Below, piece after piece: positions 9,990 through 20,506 of a stretch of DNA of 24,336 nucleotides. Position 1 is the first letter of the stretch. Each line of letters begins with the position of its first letter. The stretch comes from a virus. The notes under the pieces were generated by a model. That model saw nothing but the letters and a program-made list of their open reading frames with translations, did no database searches and was not told the origin of the DNA. The translations under genes and the position numbers were made by a program. Location of the stretch: the IMG/VR virus record IMGVR_UViG_3300031867_000025, positions 70,150-94,485 of that record; one strand, given 5' to 3'.

Positions 9990-10508
9990 ATGAAATATTC
10001 AGATTTAAATTTATCTATTAATAACGATACAGTTACTACACAAACTCCTTTCGGAGATATTGAAGTGCGGAAGTATCTTCCAGTTGAAGATAAAATTGAT
10101 CTTATTGAAATTGCTCTTCAAAAATCAGAAGAAAACGGTATTTATAATGAAATGAAGTTAGCAATGTATTTTAATCTATATATAATTTATATGTATACTG
10201 ATCTTGAATTTACAGATGAAGAAAAGGCGGATGAATATAAATTATATAACGAGTTAGAAAGTAATAATATTATTATCTCTGTGTTAGGTGCGCTTGATGA
10301 ATATGAGGAATTATTCCATTATTTGAACATTATGAAAGATATTAAAATGAAATATAAGACAAGTGCGGCCGCCATGGTGCAAACATTCATCCAGGATATG
10401 CCACGTAATGCCGCTGCAATGTCTGAGATAGTAGATAATTTCGATAAAGAAAAATATAAAGAAGTTGTTGAGTTTGCTAAATACGCTAATGGCGGAAGAC
10501 CTATTTAA
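9990..10508 (+). CDS. tail assembly chaperone (gpG-like; 172 aa), no TAG
   Basis: Uninterrupted acidic ORF immediately upstream of the tape-measure gene. Size, charge and position match phage tail assembly chaperones. TAA stop. Confidence 0.55.
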   Translation: MKYSDLNLSINNDTVTTQTPFGDIEVRKYLPVEDKIDLIEIALQKSEENGIYNEMKLAMYFNLYIIYMYTDLEFTDEEKADEYKLYNELESNNIIISVLGALDEYEELFHYLNIMKDIKMKYKTSAAAMVQTFIQDMPRNAAAMSEIVDNFDKEKYKEVVEFAKYANGGRPI

Positions 10509-10637
10509 TTTGCTTGGACAAAAAACTTCAAATGTTTATTAGACCTTTTGATATTAAGTAGTATTAATATTAAAAGGTCTTTTTTTATTTTTAAAAATAA
10601 ATAAAAAGGAGGAATAGGTATGCCTAATGGCGGAAGA
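10486..10637 (+). repeat. exact 14-nt direct repeat CTAATGGCGGAAGA, at 10486-10499 and 10624-10637, spaced 138 nt apart
   Basis: Read directly from the sequence. Both copies are in frame 0 and encode N-G-G-R. One lies 3 codons before the chaperone stop and the other 2 codons after the tape-measure start. Confidence 0.9.
10541..10592 (+). terminator. strong intrinsic terminator/attenuator between the chaperone and tape-measure genes
   Basis: 17-bp stem AGACCTTTTGATATTAA / TTAATATTAAAAGGTCT containing one G·U pair, a 6-nt loop GTAGTA, then TTTTTTATTTTT. Confidence 0.7.
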
Positions 10638-13600
10638 ATAGATTTTCAAGTTGGTTTTAAAACTGACAAAAGCGGTTTAAATTAGTTAAATAAAATTATT
10701 CAAGACCTTCAGGGAAAATTAACTAATACAGCTAGTAAGAATGGAATGTCTGATAGTTTACGAAAAGCAACTGACGCCGCAAAAGAATTATAGAAAATTA
10801 TAAACGGATCTTGGAATGATAAGCTATAGCAATTAAATGTAAATAAATTTAATACGAGCATAAATAAAGCTTTTGGATCCGCTTCAAATCTTAGAGACAT
10901 TTTAGCTCAATCAGGAAAAGATGGAACTGAAGCTTTTTTAAAAATTAGCTCATAGGTATTAAGCACTAATACTCAATTAAAACAAAGCAATAAGCTTTTA
11001 GATGATATGGCTGATACCTTTGGTAAAACAGTTAAGTATGGTATTGCATCTAGTGTTTTTAACAATATTAAGAATTCTCTTCAACAAGCTTTTTATTTTG
11101 CTAAAGACTTAGATTTATCTTTAACAAATATTAGAATTGTAACTGGTGACAGTGCAGATCAGATGGAACGGTTTTCTAAAACTGCAAACTAGGCTGCTAA
11201 AAATTTGGGCCGGTCTACGTTAGATTATACCAATGCCGCCTTAACTTTTTATCAACAGGGTTTAGGATAGTAGGATGTAAATGCTAGAACTCAAGCCACT
11301 ATGATGGCTCAGAATATTACTGGTGTTGGTACTTAGATGGCAGATTATTTAACTGCTGTTTGGAATGGTTATAAAGTTGGTGCAGAAGAAGCCGTTGAAT
11401 ATGTTGATAAGTTGGCTGCTGTTGCTGATAGTAGTGCGTCTGATATGTCATAGTTGGCTATTGCTATGTCAAAAGTGGCGTCCGCAGCTAATGTAATGGG
11501 CGTTGATTCTGACCAATTAAATGCTCAATTAGCTACTGTTATTGCTACGACTAGATAGGCTCCTGAATCAATTGGTACTGCTTTTAAAACTATTTATGCT
11601 AGAATAAATGATATTAAGGCTGGAACTGATTAGGCTGAAATTAGTTTAGGTAATTATTCTGGTAAAATGGCATCATTAGGATTTAATGTATTTGATACTA
11701 ACGGGAAACTAAAAGATACCGGTGATGTTATTGAAGAAGTTGGTGAACGCTGGGGTACGTTATCTAAAGAACAACAAGTTTATTTGGCTCAAGTAATGGG
11801 TGGTACTCGTCAATACAGTAGATTAATTTCTTTGTTTGACAATTGGAATATGTATTCTGAAATGTTAAACGTATCATTAAATTCATAGGGTACTTTACTT
11901 GAAAAAAATGAACGGTATTTAGATTCTGTAAAAGCCCATTTAGAATCCTTAAACACAGAGGCTGAACGTACATATATGATTTTATCTGATACAGGTGCGA
12001 TTAATGCGGCTGCAGATGCGTTAAATGTTGTTTTAACCTCATTTAATAATTTTCTTAGTGGTTTAGGTGGTGGTATAACCAGTATTACTTATATGGGTTC
12101 TCTTATATCAGGAGTTTTTAGTAAACAAATAGCTAAAGGAATTCAAGATGCTAAAGTACAATTAGATCAATTCTTTTCTACATAGCGAGCGCAGAAGGCT
12201 CAAAAGAAATGGGCGGAAGCTACTGTTTTAGTAACAAATGCTATGAATGGTGGAAATATAAATAGTAAGTCCGCGGGATATAAAGCACAAATTGAATAGG
12301 CTTTAAAATTGCAAAAAGTCGCTTCTGCATTAACAGAAGAAGAACAAAAAAAGGCGGGTTAGTTACAAAGATCTGTTGGTTTACATACAGAATTATTAGT
12401 TAAAGCACAAGAAGAACAAAAACAAGCGGAACAGACAAAAGCTCAATACAATGATCTTTATAAAAAATATAATGAAAATAAATATACTCTTGAATATAGT
12501 ATAGAACTAGAAGAAAAGAAAAATAAAAAAATTTAGCAATCTTTAAGTATTTTTGGACAGATTAATTAGATTCAAACACGAGGGCAACAAGAATAGAAAA
12601 ATAAAAATGCTGCATTTGATTTAATTAATAAAAAAGCTTCTATCTTAAAATAGACTTGGACAAGTATTGGGGTAGAAGAATCTCAAGCTGAAGAATATAT
12701 TAAAAAAATAAAAGATAATATTAAAAATGGAGATGATTATCTTAAAGATATTGAAGATGTTCAAACTGATTTTGTAGATGATTTAAAAAGAGGAAATACA
12801 AATCTTGAAAAAAGAAAAACTCTTTTAGCTGCAGTTTTAACAGATACTTCTAAATAGCAACAATAGAATTAGGAAGGTTTAAAAACAGATAGAGAACGCT
12901 TACGAATACTACGAGAAATGGCGGAGCAACGTCAAAAAACTCAAAAAATCGTACAATCTATTTCAGCAATAGGTCAAGTATTTTCTGCTGTTGCTGGAGC
13001 AGCAAAAGTTTTTGGAGATGAATCTTCTACAGGAGCAGAGAAAGCAAATGCGGCTTTTTCCACTGTACAAGGAACTATTTCGGCTATAGGGACTTATATA
13101 GGAGGACCATTTGGCACAGTAGTAGCTTCTGCGGTAAATTCAGTATTATCCTTAATAAAAGAAGTGACTCCTTTAGGTAAGGTAATGGAGGATTATTTTT
13201 CTTCTACTGAGGAAAAACTTCAAAAAATAAAAGATTTACATAAAGAAATAGATAAGGCTTCTCAAGATCATAATAAATCTAAACAAGCTTTAAAAGATAT
13301 TCAAGAAGAGTATGATAAATTAACAAGTAAATCTGGATCTTTAACTAATGCTGAGCAAGAGCGTTTAAATGAATTAGCTGAAATATTTAATAATTATAGT
13401 GATGGAGTTATTTTAGGCTATAATCAACAAGGCGATGCAATTATTAATAAAAATAGAAAAATAGATAATACTTTGGAAAAAATGGATCAATAGTATGAAG
13501 CTATTTTACGTAATAATCAAGCTAGAATGGATATTTCAGCCTAGGATAAAGCTTATCAAAATGCTTCAGACAGAGTTAAAGAATTAGAAACAAATGAAGT

Positions 13601-16600
13601 CTGGACAGGATAGACTCCAGAAGAAAATTTTTCATCTTATCTTACAACTATTAGACAAAATTTGACAGATCCTAATTTATATAGTTTTTATGACAATATT
13701 GATGGGATGCAAAAAACATTATTTGATACCCATGGAGTTGCTGTTCCTAAAATACAAGCCATTTTGGATAATTTTGAACAAGAACTCGCTGAAGCAGAAA
13801 ATATTTAGGATTTGGTTGCGGCTGCTTAGCCGTTATATGGAATTGCTACAAAAATAGATAATTTTAAATATGATGAAGAAAATGGTGATCAGCAGAGAAA
13901 AGACGAAGCTGCCGTTACAGAACAATTAAGAACTAATGTTCAAAGTCTGATATCAGCTGTTTAGCGTTTGAATAGTCAATATGTTGAAGCAAAATAGGAA
14001 GTAGAATAGTATACTAAAATTGATACTGGATATGTATTTCAAGGATTAAGATTATCTAAAGAATATAGTTCTTTTAAAAAGCAGGCTGGAGATAAATTAT
14101 GGAATAACGGCTTATAGGAAATTTTAGATGGTATTATTACAACCTTAGCTGAAGAAGCAGAAAGATCGGAAGACACTCCTACTGGAGATGCAGCAATAGA
14201 ACAAGGTCAAGAATATCTAGCTAATTTATTAACCATATTTGACCCTAAAGTAATTAATTAGGCAATGTAGAATCAACAAAAAACTATAGATAATATTATT
14301 GAACAAAATGGAAAAATTTCTGTAGGAAAATTGATTCAACAAACTAAACAAACTGCTACTTCTTTATATGAAAGTTTAATTAATGAATAGTCTACTTAGT
14401 AGCAAAAAGAAGCCGTTACTAAATTATTAAATATGTTATTTGGCTTTGATATGACAACAGGCACCTCAGAGTTAGAAAATAAAGTTAATGATTTTGTAAA
14501 AACCGCAACCGATTTAGTAACAGAAAAGGCTAAAGAAAAAGGAATTGATTACACCCCAACTCAATAGGAAACACAAGCTTTTACTTCTTTTGCAAAATCT
14601 TTGCCAGAAGCAGAGTTAGATATGAAATTAACTAATATTGATGACATGATAGCAGATAATATTTTATCTCTTACAAATTTAGTTAATGCTTATAAAATGG
14701 CAGGTAATGAAATTTCTAATTTTGGTAATGCAATAGATTTTAGTTGGGATAATCAAATAAAATTGTCAACTGCTTTAGGAAAAGCTAAAAGTTATAGTAA
14801 TATTGAAGGAGCTAATGATTTTTTAAGTTATTTGGAAGCTAATAATCCTAAATTAAAAGAGTTGGCTTCTAAATAGGGTGGGCGTTATGGAGAACTTTAT
14901 GTTCAAGAATATAATCGAATTATAAAACAAAATAAAGAAAAAGAAATTAAAGAAACAGAGACAAGAATAAATACCCTTTAGAAAAGATTAAATACATATA
15001 AAGATAAGGGAGTAAGCTCAGAGAGTGAAAAAGTTAAGAATGCTACAACAGAATTAGGCTCTTTACAAACTCAATTAATTTAGCAACAGAGTGATTTAGC
15101 GAGATTGACAGAAGAGACAAACTAGTCATTAGATGAACAAAATGAAAAACTTGAAAAGCAAGTTTCTTTATTAAAGAATTTTAAACAAAATAATGAAACT
15201 AATAATAATGCATTAAGTGCATATGATAAATTAAAATCAGACTCAGGCTCAAAACTAACTGATAAAGAAAGTGCTGCTATAGCAGATTTAACATCAAGGT
15301 ATATAGAATTAGCTTAGGCTTAGAAAAAATATGGTGTTGGAACCATATAGTATATGTATGTTTTAGAAGATGTTTTAAAATTAGAGCGGGAAAGAGTTAG
15401 TGCTTTACAAGCGCAGTCAGCAGAAAAATTAACGGCTTTGTCAGAAATAGATGAATAGGATTTACAAAATAAAATAGATAAAGCAGATGCTATAATTGAA
15501 AATAATCAAAATAAATTAGTTTAGGTATAGAAGTAGTATAGTGCTGAAATTAGTCGGGCTTTGCAAGCAGGTCTTAATGGAGAGCAAATACAAACTATAA
15601 CTGATAAATATAGCACAAAAATTAAAGAAATTTCTGATAATATTGATAAATTTACATAGAAAAAAGCTAAATGGCAAGAAACTATGGATCTTTTAAAAGA
15701 AAATCCATAGGCGGCCGCGGATGCAATGTAGGCTTTAGGTATGACTGTTGATGGTTTAGATGAAAAATATGTTAATTTATCTGATAAACTTAATGGATTA
15801 AACGGGTTTTATGAAAAATTATCTGAAGGCGCGCAATTAAGTAAAGAAGAGCTTCTTGATTTTAGCGATTTATTAGATTCTATCCAATAGCAATATGACG
15901 GTTTAGATAATACAATAGAAACTCTTAGAAAAACATGGATGTCTGGAACAGAATAGTATTCAATAGCACTATAGGAACTTCAGTCAAAATTAACTAGCTT
16001 ATCTCTTCAATAGGCATATGATAAGTTGACTTATGATGCTAATGAAGTTGAACATATCTTTATTCAAGTAGATGATGAAGCTTTTCAATCATGGAAAGAA
16101 GATGTTGAACGATTTTTTGAAGATGATAAAACTATGTCTGTTAGAGTAGATAATGCATTAGATCAAGAAATTAATAAAATTAAAAAGGATTTTGATGAAA
16201 TATATAGTGCAGCTAGTAAGATAGGAGAAGGCTTTAAAGTTTCTGCATCTGATATTGGTGAAATTACTAAAGTATTTCCATAGATTACAGAAGGCATGGT
16301 TCGTTTTGCAGACGGGTCTTATCAATTAAATCAGCAAGTGGTCCAACAAGCTATTTCCGCGGCGCAGGCAGAGGTTTCTGCAAATGGATAGGCTATTGCT
16401 GAAAAAATTAAACAATAGGCTGATTATCACAATGCTAAAGCAGACATATATGACCAAATAGCAGCTATTGCAGCTTAGATGGCTGAGAATTAGGTCATGA
16501 CCGAAGAAGACAAAAATTAGCGTATAGGTCAAATCAATGGTCTTTTGAGTCAACTGCAAGAATAGAATAAAGGAAAAGTTGTTGAGTATTAGAAAAAAGC

Positions 16601-19600
16601 TAGCGATGAAATAAAAGTAAAAGAATAGGATACTGCTACTCATAGACAATCTATAAATGCTAATATGTATAGAAGTCTTACTGAAATGAGTAATGCTAGA
16701 GCGCAACAAGATGTGGCAAATACGCAAGCAATGTTTGATGCAGATCAAGCGCGCGCTAATAATATGCGGCCTGCAGATTATGTTGCGGGAAATGGTTTAG
16801 ATGCATTTAATGGACGAGCTCCTATTCAAAGTAGTTATTCAGTTATTGATCCAGGGTCTACAGCTCAAGATACTTTTACTATTAACCCAGACTTTGGTAC
16901 ATATTCTACTCAAGATTGGCGAAATTTATAGAGTCAAGCAAGAGCGCGTGCAGAGCAAGAGAGACGCCTTGCAGAATTAGCTATGTCTAAATATTATGAT
17001 ATTATGGGCAGGGCTAATAAGACCATTTACGGACTTGGAAATGTGGGTCGTGGAGAAGGTATCGAAGGAGCTAAACCAGAAAAAGAAAAAGAAGAGAAAC
17101 CAAAAGAAGAAAAAGTTCAGGAGCCGCCAGATCCTAATATTGAAAAATATTTAAAGGATGAGTTTGATAGATATCATGATATTAATATTATTATTTAGAG
17201 AATAAATCGTCAATTAAAAAATATGTAGGCTCAACAAAAGAAACTTGTTGGTAAAGATTTAATTCATAATTATCAAAGACAATTAGAATTATTAAATTAG
17301 CAAATTGAAGCTCAAAAGCAAAAAATGAGTATTGCTCAACAAGAAGCGGGAGAGCTGCGGGCGAGTTTAAGCGCACAGGGGTTAGCGTTTCAAGAAAATG
17401 GATAGATCGCAAATTATCTTGGTGTATTATCAGCAAAACAAAATGCAATTAATGAATATATTGGTTTTTATAATTCTTTAACTAAAGAAGAACAAGAATA
17501 TGCCAAAGATGTTCTTGATTCTATGAAAGAACAATATGAGGACTTAAAGAAAGATATTGCTCGTTATGATGAAGTTGTTAATACTATGATTCCTGATTTA
17601 GCTGATCAGATACGTGAAGAAACTTAGAAAAAGGTTGAAATAGCTATTTCTAAGAGTAAAATGGCGGTTGATATAAAAATTGATATGTCTCAATTACAGC
17701 GTGATTATAATAAATTTTTGAAGAATATTAAGTATCAAATAAAAGATTGGGATATATTAGGTAGTACAAAGTATGCTTTTAAAGATTTACAATCTTATTT
17801 CCAAGATGGTATATATAATTCAACAAAAGCGCAAACTGATCACATTTATTTTCTTATAGATCAACTTCGTCAAATAAATCAATCAGGTTTTTCTGATGTA
17901 TATGGAGATAATAAAAAACAGGCATTAGACGATTTATAGCATTATAGACAAAGTCTTGAGGGAGATTTAGAAAGTATTCTAGGACTAATTGATCAAATTA
18001 AAGAAAATGTTATAAAGGCTATTGAACAAGTAGAAAAAGGTTTCCAAGATAGATAGAAATATTATAATCACGTTTCAAGTTTATTAGATCATGATTTGAA
18101 AGTTGTTGAATTAATTTATGGCAAACAGGCTTATGATAAAATGGATACTATGTATCAAAGACGTTTTGAACATGATGTAGATCATTTAAATAAGCTTGCG
18201 GAAGAAAAGGAATATTGGCGGGAACAGTTAGAAAAAGAAAAGGCACACCAAAAATTATTAAAGCAGGGAAGTAATGTTTGGCAAGAATCTCAGGAGCGGA
18301 TTAAAGAGTTTGAATAGAACTGGATGGATGCAACAGATAGACTGAACTCCGCGTTTGAAGCTTCTCTTGATAATGTTATTAATAAATATAAAAATGGTGT
18401 AGATCAAATTTTTGATAAGTATGAAAGATAGATGTTTGGTGGTCAAACTATTGATGAACTTATTGAAGATTGGGAATTAGCAAAAGAAGCAGCAAATATA
18501 TACTTAGATAATGTAAATAGAACTTATGCTATTGATAAGTTAAGTAATGGATATGATCAATTATTTGAGAAAGCTAATGGTAATCTTAAATTACAAAAGG
18601 AAATTAATGCTGCAAAAGAGGCTGAGGTTTAGAGTTTAAAGAAAATGGAAAAAATAGATCAAGGCACAATTGATGTTGCTAATAAAAAACTATAGGTACT
18701 TCAAGCCCAAATTGCTTTAGAAGATTCTCGTAATAATAGGTCTACTTTACAATTAAGACGTGATTCTCAAGGTAATTATTCTTATCAATATGCGGCAGAT
18801 ATGGATGATGCTGAAGATAAATTACAAAAATATAAAGATGAAACAAATGAGCTTTATAATCTTGCTAAAAGGTTGCAAAATTAGTATGAAGAAAAAACTA
18901 TGTAGGCAACAAAGAGAATGATTGATAAAGTTAAGGAACTTCGTTATGAAGCTTATTTATTTGACATAGACACATCCGCAAGAGAATAGGAGATCGTGAA
19001 AACTTATTTAGGTAATATATAGGCTTATGCAGGAATTTCAGAGCAACATAAAGTAGATACAGCCAAATAGGCTCTTGCTACAATTACAGATAATGACCCT
19101 AATTATAGCTATCGAAGAGTATTTGATCCTCAATCAGGTAAATTATCTACATATTATGGTTATGGATAGACAACGGTTAAAGAATGGGCTAAACATAATG
19201 AAGAAACTATAACTAAAATGATGCAAAATTTGGAAGCGGGCCCATACGCAGCCAATAAAAAAGCTTTTTATGATATGATTTATAATAATGGTAATGGTAT
19301 GGTTCCAATGTGGAGTAGTGGAGTTTCTAAGTATATTGAAAGAATTAATAGTGGTCCAGATGGATTACGTCCTGTTATGAGATAGGCTATAAAAGAATTA
19401 AATGGGCTACTTGTTAGTTATAAAAAAGAATTTATTGAATTAGCTAGTTCCGCAAAGAAAGATACTAAAACTATAGGAACTGGATTAAATGATGATATTA
19501 AATTAACTAAAGAACTTGTTACAGATAATGAAAAATTATTAGATTCTTATCAAGATATTTTTAATGATATGATGAATCACTGGATTCCTACTTTAGAAAA

Positions 19601-20459
19601 ATATATTAAAAAGCATGAAGAATTACAAGCTGCGATTGAGGCTGTTACTAAAGCTTATAAGATTCAACAAGAAGAACAAAGGCGGGCGGCAGAAGCTGCT
19701 ACCCAAGTAGCTGGATCTGCGGCGGTTTCTATAGGAGACACTTCTTTATTTGATGGAACTTATAATCAGGTACATCCTGATGTAAGCTATAGCAGCCACA
19801 GCAGTAGTCGTAGACGAAATACTGTCGTGATAGATCCTGGTGCTTATGGAGGCGGGGGCGGTTTTGGAATAGGCTCTACGGTAAGGTTTTTATCAGGTCG
19901 ATATACAGCAAATTCTTCTGGAGGAGGTACATCTGGAGATGCTTCTTTAGGAAGCTATGTAACAATAACTCTTACTAATCCTGGAGCTCCTCGTCCTTAT
20001 CATATCTCAGGATCAGATTATTGGGGAAATTATTCTGATTTAGGATGGGTTTCTGAAGATCAATTAGGTTATAGATCAGGAGGTTACACTGGAGAATGGG
20101 GGTCTTCTGATGGAAGATGGGCATTACTTCATCAAAAAGAACTTGTATTAAATGCTCAAGATACTTAGAATATGTTAGAAGCGGTAAGGACTGTCCGTGA
20201 CTTAACTGCTGAAATGCAAGCTAATTATAGACAACGTTTATTACAATATCAACTTATGCAAGAATAGATGAGTGCATTACAATCAAAAATGCTTTTTGAT
20301 ATGAATAGTTTCTTATTTACTGATAGAGAACAAACTCCAGTTCAACAAAATGTTTATATTACGGCAGATTTCCCAGCAGCTCAATATCATAGAGAAATTG
20401 AATTAGCATTTGAAAATCTTACAAATCGTGCTTCTCAGTATTTATTTACTAGTAGATAA
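10620..20459 (+). CDS. tail tape measure protein, giant (3279 codons), with roughly 100 in-frame TAG codons read as sense
   Basis: RBS AAAAAGGAGGaataggtATG. All 14 track ORFs from 11007 to 20459 are in frame 0, and the segments checked in between contain only TAG interruptions, never TAA or TGA. The N-terminal region carries the conserved tape-measure core (…GKTVKYGIASSVFNNIKNSLQQAFYFAKDLDLSLTNIRIVTGDSADQMERFSKTAN…LDYTNAALTFYQQGLG…MADYLTAVWNGY…). The remainder is a long alpha-helical K/E/Q-rich region with a Gly-rich C-terminal domain. The gene ends at TAA 20457-20459. Confidence 0.85.
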
Positions 20460-20464
20460 AATTA

Positions 20465-20487
20465 AAGGAGGGGTTTATCCCCTCCTT
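20465..20487 (+). other. stem-loop (9-bp stem) between the tape-measure and tail-tip genes that sequesters an SD-like sequence
   Basis: AAGGAGGGG tttat CCCCTCCTT. No U-tract follows on the + strand, so it is not a canonical + strand terminator. The real RBS AAAAAAGGAGG follows. Confidence 0.5.
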
Positions 20488-20506
20488 AAAAAAGGAGGTT
20501 TAATAT

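Noticed and set aside
10520-10526. A_AAA_AAC slippery heptamer as a G/GT -1 frameshift site
   Set aside because: It lies downstream of the chaperone TAA (10506-10508), in the untranslated gap, so it cannot mediate a frameshift from the chaperone ORF.
10620-20459. Alternative reading: a decayed prophage tail module full of nonsense mutations (pseudogenes)
   Set aside because: The interruptions are exclusively TAG. No indel or frameshift occurs over 9.8 kb. Real gene ends use TAA or TGA. TAG-free highly expressed genes are interspersed. Decay would give mixed stop types and broken frames.
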